From Monocercomonoides exilis PA203 (lineage: Eukaryota; Protista; Preaxostyla), in NCBI GenBank assembly GCA_001643675.2, contig LSRY02000022.1, positions 1 through 64,000 on the forward strand: a stretch of DNA of 64,000 bases, written 5' to 3'. Positions within the stretch are counted from its first letter, which is position 1. The number at the start of each line of letters is the position of its first letter. Of this stretch, positions 53,001-64,000 are shown one piece after another. Below the pieces are notes generated by a model. It searched no databases, was not told the DNA's origin, and saw only the letters and a program-made list of their open reading frames with translations. The position numbers were made by a program, and so were the translations under genes.

Positions 53001-55798
53001 ATGTTTGCTGTGACTACCATTTTTAAAGGTATTGAATGTTATATTTGAAATTGTTATTGTTAATTTAATGATATTTTTTGAACATAGAGTTTGGAGAAAA
53101 AGAAAATTCTTTGGTTGAAACAGATGGAAAAGTTGACATTCCTGCAAATCACAAAAAATGCAATGACATATATTGCTTAATTGCTTTCGGAGTTGTTGTA
53201 TTACTTTGGATTATTCTATTTATATATTCATGTGCAGCTTCAAAGATGTACGTGTTTCTGAAGCCAGAGGCATCGGAGTTTGTAAATTTTGTTTTTTTGA
53301 ACAATTTCACAGATTTAATGTCACACAACAATCCATTTAGGGGAGTTTATTGTGGAGTGAAGACAAATGTCAGCGATCAACGGAAAAATAAGTACTTATT
53401 AATAACTTACACTGAAAAGTGGTGTGTGAAGTCGTGCCCTTCAGGTGATCATCGATGCGTATGCAAGGGCGAAAGTCCAAACTCTATGAGTTCGAGTGAA
53501 TGTCAATCGAATGGATGCGCTTTCTTTTCAGACGGTTATTCTTCTTTAAATAATGTGTGTGTTATGAAAGAATCAAGTGATACAGTTACAGAATTCACGA
53601 GCAGTTTTGTGGGTAGTTTTATAAGTGGCATATGGACGGTCGTTGTTGTAGCATTTATTGCAATTGCTCTTTGCGCAATTTGGATTGCTTTCATGGCTTG
53701 TTGTGCGCGAGGAATTGTTTGGTGCTGCCTGATCGGATCAGTTGTTGCTATCGGATTAGTGGGTCTTGCAATCGCAATTGTTGGCATTGTGTTTATGGCT
53801 GGGGGAATGAATTCTGAGAATGATAGTTCCAACAACAACAAAACTAAGTCTGTTGAAGGTATTTCAGGATCTTCCCAAATTCTTCCATCAGTTATATACA
53901 AAAGCAACGGAGCCAGCCTATTATCTCTTCCTTCGGTACGTGTGTACTCAATTCCTCGGAGAACAAACGACACAAAACCCGAACATGAAGTAGCACAACA
54001 CGTCAATTCTCCATATTATGATCCTTATTATGATCCTTATTATGATCCGTATTATAATCCGTACTACAACAACAACACGAACAAAAATTCCCCCTCAAAA
54101 GGAAAAAATCAAGGAACTTCAATTGGAACTGTAATAGGAGGTGCGCTGCTGGGGGTGGGCGCTGTACTTTTGCTCATCTGCAGCTGTTGCGGATGCTGCT
54201 TGTACTGTTCCAGCGAGCGAATCGAACTTGCTGCGCAACTTGCAGCGGAGACGTCAAGTGCAATTCGCAAAAATCCATTGCTTCCGCTCATAACAACGGT
54301 CATCTCAATACTGCGTTTTGGCTTGCTGTTTCTCGTCGTTCTGGGCATTGTGTGCCTTGTTACGAGCTATCCAACATACAAAGTGGGATATCTGACACTT
54401 TTAAGAGTTCCCGGCTACTCAGCTATCTTTTACATCTATGCGGTTATATCGTTTGTGTGGATGACATCGTTTCTGACTGGAATTAACGAGATGACGATTG
54501 GTGGAACAGTCGCGACGTGGTATTTCACGAGGGAGAAAAGCAACGTTTCGTTTGTGGAGACGTTCAAAGCGTTCTGGCGCACAATCCGCTACGGCAGCGG
54601 CAGCGTCGCTTTCGGCTCTGGGATGATTGTGCTGTGCACGATCCTGAAGATGTTGCAGGAGCAGGCAGCCAGCATATGCAGACAAGGCGGGTCACCTCTG
54701 ATAATAATATGCTGTTTAATTGACTGCATTCTCAGCTGCATTATGCAATTCTTGGAATACATCAACTCGCAGACGTACGTTATCATCTCAATTAAGGGAA
54801 CTCCTTTCTATGAGACGGGTAAGCAATCGATTTTACTTATGATCCGAAATGTGTTCAGATCTGCTGTGCTCAATACTGTAATTCCGATGGTGTTAGGCAT
54901 AGCAGAGTTCTTTATCGATATTTTATGTCTGTTCTTCTTGTTCCTTATGGCGAGGCCGATGTGGTTTGGGCTAATGAGTAAGGAATATGCTGAGATTACA
55001 GGGGAGAACTTGCAGTTGGGATGGATTTTGGATGTCGTTATTGGATTTTTTGTGACGGTGTTTGTGGTGGACACGATATTTGACACATACACGTTTGCAG
55101 TGCTTTCGATGTTTATCTGCTTCCTTCTGGATGAAGAGATGGCAATAACAACCCCGACTTGGGGGAAGTTTGCGAGTCCAAATCTGCTGAAGCACATGAA
55201 CGAAGCAGCGAGAAGGGGATATCAAGAGGCTCTGGAATATAAGCAGAACGATAAAGAATTTGATATTAGCTATTGGAGCATCCCCGAAGGTTGCGAGAAC
55301 ATGACTGTACCGGCTCCTCCGAACCAGCTTCCAAGCCAGGCTCAGACCATGCAGCCATACAACCAAGTGATGGCTGTGAATCCACAAACGGGGCAACCAA
55401 CTCAGATAGTACAAACAGTGCAAACAACACAGCCACAGTATGCTCAGCAGGCTTATACTCAACCAGGTTATCCACCCCAACAGGGATATGTCCAACCAGG
55501 ATACCCGCAGCAACAGGGATATGCACAACAACCACAGGGATATGCACAGCCGGGTTATCCACCACAACAGGGATATGTTCAACAAGGATATGTACAGCCA
55601 GGATATGTTCAACCAGGATATGCACAGCCAGGGCCACAAGTGCAGCCAATGCAGCCGGTACAGACAGGTTATCCGCAACAAATGCAGTCGTATGGGCAGA
55701 TGCCGCCACAGCAGGCGAATACGATGATGTCATCACAGCAGATTCAAGCAGCACAGCAGCAGAATGTGGTGAGTGGTTACGATAATTCATCGGCATAA
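53001..55798 (+). CDS. Choline transporter-like protein (CTL/SLC44 family)
   Basis: [72 protein letters not shown]. Exon 1 at 53001-53028, intron to 53088, probable intron 53278-53340. Confidence 0.92.
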
Positions 55799-57423
55799 TA
55801 ATAATAATAATTATTATTAATAAAGCAGACCTGTTCAAAAGAATAGGTAATGATGATTCTCTTGAAAGGATGTTACATGGAAATTACACTATTTTTTCAT
55901 TTTTGAAACATTTTGACTTATGTTTCAATGTTTCATTGGTCCGTTTTGGAGACTTCTTGTATGATGTTGAATTCTTCGATTTTCGAAGTATAAAAATGAA
56001 AAAAAAAAATATGTACATATTTGGCAAAAATAATAAAATATTTTAAATATTTTTTCTGTATTTTGCCTGATATTTATTTCTTGAATTTTTTTTTATTTTT
56101 ATTTTTCCCAATAAATTTTGTAACTTTTATTAAAGTTACAATGAAATGAATCTTTTTTTCATTTTTTTTCGCTTCCTTAAATTGTAATGCTATTGTTGTT
56201 TTCATGTTTCAAATGCGTCTTTTTCAAGTTATTGTCAAATTGTGCATTCTCAATTGTTAAGCATTTTTTTGAAGAATACACACATTTTTTTTTAAATTAT
56301 TCTTTATTCTTTAATTTTTTAAAAATCTTTTTTTTTTTCAAATTTCATTTTTTTTCAAAATTGTTGCTGTTTTCAATGATGCTTTTAAACAGCCGATTTT
56401 GTTTGATGACTCGTAAGCTTACTCTTTTTGTGAGTCAACGAGAGGAAAGATTTGATGATACTTTGTTGCTTTTCATAGGAATTGTATTTTTCTCTCTTCT
56501 CTCTCTCTCTCTCTCTCTCTCTTTGTCTTTTTTTTTCTCAATTCTCTTTCTTTTCTTTCTTTTCAACTTTATCTCTTTGATTTGAATTTTATTTTCTTTC
56601 AATTTCTTTCAATTTCTATCTTCTTCTTTCCCTCTTTCACATTTTATATCTTCAGTCTTTTTTTTTTAAAGACTTATGAAACGTTTTATTAAAACAATCA
56701 GTTTTTAATTTTCTTTGGTCGAAACAATTTTGCTTCGGTCAAAGGTCGAATTGAACGTATTGCATTACTTGCATTACGCTCTTTTCATTCTTTTTAAGCT
56801 ATTTTTATTTTTTTTTATATGTTTTATTTAAAGGAAGAAAAAACATTTTTTTTTTTTTTGCTCCTTTTTGCGAAATATCGTTTCTTTTAAAATGAAATAT
56901 GCAGAACACTTTTTGAATGAGATTCAATTGCTATCTTTTATTTTTCTTTCATTCTCTTTTTCTTCAAAATAAAAAATGAAAGTGTTTTCATAAAATAAAA
57001 ACAGAAAAGATTTTGCGATTTGAAAGAGAATGATGTTGTGAGAAAAGTTGAAGTTGTTGTGATGCATCACAAGTTAACGAGCTGAATGCTGTTAAAAACA
57101 GATTTGAATTTCCACATCAAATGTGATACCATGAAATTATGATTCAATTTACACATTGATAAATCTTTGAAAAACATCACATTTCCGAAAAAAAAATGAG
57201 TATTACTCTTTGAATTTTATTTCATTTCATAAAACTGGGGATAATCTTCATGTTAAAGCCAAATGTCATTTGTTAAGCATGCTTCGTCGCAAATTGATCA
57301 AAAATATCAACTCAAAAATATATTTATGCATCTTTTTTGCAAAAATACAAAAAGAATAAAAATACAAAAAAGATGTTTGTAAACAGACATGAATCGATCT
57401 TTAATCTTTGCCTAACATTCAAT

Positions 57424-59214
57424 TTAATCAACTTCTTCAATTTTCGGTCCTGAAGAAGAAGAAGAAGGTGGAGGAGCATTCTGCGATGAAGAGAATCCAG
57501 AACGGCCCAATCCTGCACCAGCACCGCCCATCTGTGCCTGGTTGAAAAACGGATTGCTGCTTTGATCCTTTGGAGCACCAGCTTGCTGTCCTTGTGGCTG
57601 CTGCTGCTGCTGATATGCCTTCATCATGATGGGGTTGGCAAAGTCCTCCAGCTCCTTCTGCTTCCTCTCATACTCCTCCTTCGTGATGGCCGTGTTCGAG
57701 TGGATCGATTCCAGCCACTCAATCGCATCCTTCAGCTTGCCTTCCAGCGCATTCTTGTCAGACTCAGGAATTGCCATCTTCCCTTCGCTCAGAGTGTTAC
57801 GCAGCGAGAACACATACGATTCCAGCTTGTTCTTCGCATCCACATTCTCCTTCACTCGCTCGTCTTCCGCTTTGAACCGCTCTGCCTCAGCAACCATCCT
57901 GTCAACTTCTGACTGGCTCAGCCTGCCTTTATCATTGGTGATGGTGATCTTCTGGTTCCTTCCCGTCGCTTTGTCCTCCGCTGCCACTTGCAAAATGCCA
58001 TTCGCGTCGATGTCGAACGTCACCTCAATCTTCGGCACACCTCTTGGCGCTGGTGCTATGCCGTCCAGATGGAAGGTTCCGAGGAGGTTGTTCTGCTGCG
58101 TCATCGCCCGCTCGCCTTCAAACACTTTGATCTCCACACCCGTCTGGTTGTCGCTGAACGTCGTAAACATCTCCGTCTTGTGGCACGGAATCGTTGTGTT
58201 CCTTTTGATCAGCACTGTCATCATGCCCCCAGCCGTCTCAAGCCCCAGTGAAAGTGGGGTCACATCCAACAACAGCAGATCTTCCCCTTTCTGCCCAATC
58301 GTTCCCTTCAGCACTGCTGCCTGCACCGCTGCTCCATATGCAACCGCCTCTTCGGGGTTGATGGACTTGCACAGTTCTTTCCCTCCAAATCTGTCACGAA
58401 TCAATTGCTGAATACGAGGAACACGAGTTGAACCTCCGATCAAAACGATTTCATTGATTTGTGACTTGTCCAATTTTGAGTCCAGCATCGCACGATCCAA
58501 TGGGTCCAAGCACTTTCGGAATTCTGACTCGCACAGCTGCTCAAACTTTGCGCGGGTGTTGACAGAGTTGAAGTCCAACCCTTCAAACAGAGAATCAATT
58601 TCAATGGTTGCTTGGGTGGATGTTGACAGAGCCCTCTTTGCCCGCTCGCATGCTGTTCTCAGGCGCCCAACAGAACGTGAGTTGCTCATCATGTCTTTCT
58701 TGTACTTTCGCTTGAATTCGTCTGCCATGAAGTGAGTCAAGATGTTGTCGAGATCTTCACCACCGCAATGAATATCTCCTGCTGAAGCTTTAACTTCAAA
58801 GACACCAGAATCCAAGCACAAAATTGAGACATCAAGAGTTCCTCCTCCGTAATCGAAAATGAGAACGTTCATTTCCGACTCTTTCTTTTTATCCAAACCA
58901 TAGGCAATTGCAGAAGCTGTTGGCTCATTGATGATTCTGAGGACGTTCAGCCCTGCAATTGTTCCAGCATCCTTTGTGGCCTGGCGTTGGCTATCGTTGA
59001 AGTAGGCTGGGCAAGTCACAACAGCTTCTGTGACTTTGTGTCCAAGATAAACTTCGGAAAGGTCTTTTATTTTCGACAGGACCATTGAGCTGATTTCCTC
59101 TGGTGAAAATTCTTTTGTTTCACCTTTGTATTTGACCTGATACATTGGCTATCCCGAACGATCAACAACTTTGAATGGCCAATGCTTCATATCATTTTGA
59201 ATTTCATTATCATG
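57424..59214 (-). pseudogene. HSP70: Cytosolic HSP70 (EEVD) lacking the N-terminal roughly 78 aa, with an in-frame TAG
   Basis: [60 protein letters not shown]. Exon starts after an AG at 59215-59216. TAG at 59149-59151. Confidence 0.85.
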
Positions 59215-59345
59215 CTAAAAGTTTTATTAAAACAAAAAAAGAAAGAAACAATAATTTTTTGAATATTCCGATATGTGATTAATACGACCTTTATAAAATA
59301 TTTATTTCCAATCTTTTTTATTTTCAAGTTTTATAAGATATCGAT

Positions 59346-60991
59346 ATGGAATTTTCCGATGAAAAAATAACAGGCCTTAAAAAATTTATAAGCCTTATTA
59401 AAGAACAGCCCCAACTATTGGAAGTTCCAGAACTTAGCTTTTTTAAGCAATATCTATGTTGTATGATATCTTTTGATGAATAAACAATCATTGCAATGAT
59501 TATACAAACATATTTCGTTCGTTTGCTAAGCATTGGGAGCTTCGATACCTCATTCGAGTGAAAATGAAAGTCACAAAGGTTTGAATGTTACTTTTCGTTC
59601 AAAAATCGTTTCATTATTTTCATTGGGAAAAAATGCATGCAAATTATGTGAAAATACTATTTTCCATATAAAGAAAGCCAACAAGAAGATTCTGAGTTAT
59701 CTGAAGATGACATATTGATTGAAAATCCAGATATTCCTCTTATCTCACCATCTGAAAATGATGTTCCAATACAAATTCCTGAGGAATCATCCGAAACTGA
59801 TTATGAAAAAATCGCAGAATTAAAACATCAAGCAATAGAAGCAAGAGATTCTGGAGATTTACTGAAAGCCCTTGAATTAATCACTGAAGTGATAAATCTT
59901 AATCCAAATTCAACAATTAATATTGGAATCAGAGGTCAGATATTGCTGGAATTGAAACGTCCTCTGTCTGCCTTGTCCGATGGAGAAGAGGCAGTAAAGA
60001 GAAATGAAAATTCTGCCAAAGGATATTTAATTCGAGGGAAAGCAAAGATGATGCTGGGGCAATACATAGAAGCCTATAAAGACATTCAACAGGGTTTGTT
60101 CGAAATGTTTTTAAAGTCAAAACCAGGCAAGAAATTGGACTGCAATTATGAGAACATTTTGATTATTTTTTATTTTTAAATTGAAAAAAATTTAGTAATT
60201 TTTTCAAAATATGAATATTTCATATTTTTCACAATTAATACTTATTTTTGATTTGTACTTGTTTTTCCACATGAATTATAAAATGCATATTTGCAGCACA
60301 ACAGATTGATTTCAACGAGCAAGAAGCAGCGAAAGCAGAACTTTTAGCAAAAAAGGTTCAATACCTTCAGATTATTGAAGGCAGAAAGCGAAGAAAGGAA
60401 GATTTGAAGGCTGCCAAAGAAAAAGAAAGAAAGAGAAAAGAAGAAGAAGATTTCAGAAAATCGATGATGGTTTGTCTTGTTCGTGCTTTCTTTTTCTTGA
60501 ATAAAAAATTGTTCATTGTGATATTTTCTGAACTTTCTTTTCTGTGAATTTATTTCAAAATAAACATTTTCAAAAATTAAATTATTGTTTTTCTATAATT
60601 GATAATCCTTCCTTCTGATTGCTCAACTTACAAAATTCAGAAAGTCCACCACATTCACAACGAAGCGGAATATCAGCACTTTTTGTCCATGTCTTCATCT
60701 TCTTCAAACGCACATCCATTCTCTTTCTCACCTTCTCTCGTTGTTGTGGACTTCAGTGCAACGTGGTGTGGGCCCTGTCAACAAATCAAGCCTGTTTTCG
60801 AGTCTCTTCCTGCGCAGCACCCGCGCGTGCTGTTTTTGCATGTGGACGTGGACGAGAACAGACAAATGGAGGAGGTGCAGAGTGTTTCTGGTGTGCCCAC
60901 TTTCCGGTTTTGGAAGGATGGAAAGAAAGTGGACGAGTTCTCTGGAGCTGACGAAAGAAAACTGAGGGATCTGATTGAAAAATACGAGTAA
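59346..60991 (+). CDS. Hip/ST13-like co-chaperone fused to thioredoxin (Hip-N, TPR, charged region, Trx WCGPC); TDX-like
   Basis: Five exons splice in frame: 59346-59460, 59531-59578, 59674-60092, 60297-60469, 60641-60991. LKKFISLIKEQPQLL..ELSFFKQYLCSLGASIP, TPR motif SAKGYLIRGKA, VVVDFSATWCGPC. Confidence 0.88.
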
Positions 60992-61428
60992 TTTATATAT
61001 GGAGCAAAAAGGCACAATTTTTTTAAAAAAAGAAACAACTTAAAGAAGAAAGTTTGATTTGAAGGAAGTCATTTATATTTTGATTTTGTAACAAGAAACT
61101 GGATTCTGGAAAATTTCTGATTGCATTCAAAGCTTGTGAACAATGCACGATTTTTTGGAGACCATATGATTTTCATGAATATTGAAGATTTTACAAAAAA
61201 ATCTTGAATTTGAAAAACATTTGCAAAAAATACAATAAAATAATAAGATTTCCAATATATGGAGCGATTTTTTTTTATTTTCTTTTTTTTTTCCAAAGAG
61301 AGAATTATCTTTCAGAATTATTTGCAAATCGTGAACAATATTATCGTTAATGTGCTTTCATAAAGATTTGAGAGCCGATATGTGATTTGAAGTTGATGAA
61401 ACTTTAAACATGGGAAAATATGTATATA

Positions 61429-64000
61429 CATTTGGTGCTATACCCGGAACTCAGTGCCAAACCCGGAACTGAATGTCCCTCTGATTTGAGTTTCATTACA
61501 GCCTCTATCTTGTGTTTATTTCATTTTTGCAACATTTGGATCGATTATTTTCGATTAATGAATGAAAACAATTGAAAACAAATGTATTATTTTGTTTGGT
61601 TCTTTAGATAAAAGACTCCCTTATCTGGAGGGTTTCAAGTTGAAATGAGAATTATTTGATTTATTTTCTATTAATTCAGGAAATATTGGAAAAAATGATA
61701 ATCAAACATATATTATTATCGTTGTTTGCTTAATTGAAACTTGTTGCATTCCACATCTTTGTTGGTTCTTTTTTAAAATTAATAAAATGGACTGCATTGT
61801 TCTCCTGATGAAAGCAATTATGTAGAATATGAGACATGCGAAAACAAGAAAACTGAAAAAAAGACAAAACAATCAAGAAGAACTGATTCCAACAGAGCAC
61901 AGTGATGATTATTGAATTTTCCGAAAACCCAGATTAAGAAATCAGCACTTCTCTTTTCAATCACTTTGTGTTTTGGAATGAATTATTTTTCTTATTTCAA
62001 GCTCTCTTTTTGAAAAAACAGGAGATAGCGATCTTTGGCGGCTCAATTTCTTTCTGAATTGAAGTCTTTCATGTCTTTGATTGGTTTCGTTTTCTTCTTT
62101 TTCTTCTTTCCTTATTCTTTTTCGACGATTCAGAATCTTTTTCTTCGAAGGATTATTTGAAGAATCCATTAGCTTTTTGAGATCATCATGACTTCGTTTT
62201 GAATTTTGTGATGAGCGTTGACTGTTGGAACATTGTGATTCAAATACTTTCATTTGAGAACAAAGAATTGATAGATTGTTTTCAGCTTCCTGTATTTGAT
62301 GTTGAATCTCTTTTAATGTGGTCACTTTCGAAGAAAACTGAGACATAAGAGGAGGTGTTTCTTTGGAAGATTTGGATGATTTTGAAGAACGAACAAGTTA
62401 TTGTTTGACTGATAATGGCTTTTGCACTTTTAGGAAGTCAGTTGTCACAGATTTGGCTGATTCATGTTCGCTAGCTGTTGGATTTTCGAGATCTTTTTTA
62501 AAAGAAAAATCTCCGAATAATTCATTTTTCCATGAATTTGAAGATGCTTTCTTTGCATTTTTCTCACTTGACGAAGAGACAGGAGAACCTGATATTCTTG
62601 TTCGAACAGAAGAAGCTGCAATAGGCCACACTCCAGTTTTGACAAATGAAGCTTTCACGGTGGAAAAAGTTATTGCAGCTGCTACAGCATCAGGAAGTGC
62701 ATTTGCGAGAGCAGATCGATAAGCACTCAAAGAAAACTTGGAAGGAGGGCAAAACTTGCTGTAGAGTGTGAACTTAAAACGAGAAAATACATAAGAATCA
62801 CATGGCTGCAGAAAATGAGTCATGTTTGGAGGAAATTTCAGAATAACAATATTATTCTTTGCGGCTTCCCTTGTCACTAATTCATCATCATGTGATCTGT
62901 GATTGTCCATCAGTTGAAGAGCTTTTTTTGTTGAATTCGGTTTAACTTTGGAGGTAATCAGAGAAATCCAGCAGCCAATCATTATTTCTCTGAAAATCTC
63001 TTTCGTTATCCATCCTGATGAAGAATAAATGTTACGAATATCAAAAGCTGACAACGAAGAGAATTCATCTGGAGTTTCTTTTCTGGGCCATAACAAAAAT
63101 CTTGGAAGAGAAGATCCGTCTTCGCATATACACAAGCACAATGTAGCATTTGGAACTTTTGGTGGTTTCGGCGGAGAAGGAGGAATCTGGTTTTTCATTC
63201 AAACCACAAGTTTCATTGATGTTTCACCGCAGCTTAAAGAAGTTTTATCGAAATTGAAGATTGTTGATGAATCAATATTATGCTTTTTGATGACTTCAGC
63301 AAAGTATAAAAACCATTTTCGAACATTTTCCGGGGATTGAGCTGAAATTTTTGACATTTCCATTGGTCTGGATAAAGCCGATTGTGATACTTCACTTCTT
63401 TCAATAAGTTTGTAAGCATATTTGCAGTTTACTGTTTTTGGAATTTGTTTTTCATCACATTCTTTTTCCAGCAGATCAACGCACTAAATTAATATTGAAA
63501 AGAAATCTAATGCAAATTTAAATTGATAATTGAAAAAAACCATCGATTGAATATCTTTAACTCGAACAATCGTATCTTCAGATAACATTGCCATAACCTG
63601 ATTTTCAATGGTTTCAAGCTGACTTTTGGATATCGATAATGGATGACCTTCTTTTCCAACAACTCTACAAGACTTTTCCGCTTTGATTCCCCGATACCAT
63701 GCGCTTTTCGAAATAGCTCCTGATTAAATTGCTGTTTTGAAATTGACAGCATTTTTGCATTTGATTTCGAAAACTTTTTGGCTTGCCGATTTAATATTTC
63801 TATATTCACTTAAGGCAAGTGTACGTCTGAGCTGCAGAGGTGAAAGTTGCTGTTTATTTTCCATGGTTAAGGGTTTCGATCAATAATTCAAAATAAGTTG
63901 CAGATGACTTTAAAATCATGAAGATGTCTTAAACAGCAAATGACTAACGGAAATTTCAAACAATTCGTTTATGACAACAAAATATTCTGCATCTTGTTAA
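61429..64000 (-). mobile_element. Second pogo-like DDE_1 transposon, disrupted; other end probably outside the window
   Basis: Putative TIR TA|CATTTGGTGCTATACCCGGAACTCAGTGCCAAACCCGGAACTG. ORFs contain NFDKTS, GWITKEIF, LMDNHRSH, THFLQPCD, with internal stops. Confidence 0.8.

Noticed and set aside
22883-59151. TAA/TAG reassignment to an amino acid, as in some oxymonads, suggested by in-frame stops in the DDE, Merlin, IQCH and HSP70 frames
   Set aside because: TAA correctly terminates RPS30, HSP70 (after EEVD), CTL and Trx. The Gln-rich CTL tail uses only CAA/CAG. The stops fall at positions expecting different residues (K, E), consistent with point mutations.
59295-59325. KKIGNKYF as a relic of HSP70 KRLIGRKF
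   Set aside because: Weak match in AT-rich DNA with no further upstream HSP70 similarity.
1-64000. CRISPR arrays, rRNA, tRNA, Fanzor/TnpB cargo
   Set aside because: No repeat-spacer arrays, recognisable RNA-gene motifs or RuvC/zinc-ribbon TnpB motifs were seen by eye. A covariance or HMM search would be needed to exclude them fully.

Overview
Eukaryotic protist genomic DNA with short AT-rich GT-AG introns and the standard genetic code. Composition and a lineage-type expanded gene family suggest an oxymonad such as Monocercomonoides (inference). Bases 1-19 kb are a GC-rich, gene-dense block: an S41-family peptidase-like gene, an unknown + strand gene, a cathepsin-B-like protease fused to IPT/EGF/multi-TM regions, a DHHC palmitoyltransferase and an unknown gene. 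Its frames are repeatedly broken by one missing G in G-runs. RPS30 follows. Bases 20-52 kb are AT-rich and full of transposons and pseudogenes: a full-length pogo-like DDE element, three foldback/MITE elements, an IQCH-like pseudogene, a structurally complete DIRS1-type tyrosine-recombinase retrotransposon (ITRs plus ICR), a surface-protein pseudogene and a Merlin (ISXO2) transposon with TIRs, 8-bp TSD and introns. The end holds a choline-transporter-like (SLC44) gene, a 5'-less cytosolic HSP70 head-to-head with a Hip-TPR-thioredoxin fusion gene, and another pogo-like element. Family calls are from motif recognition by eye; no searches were run.
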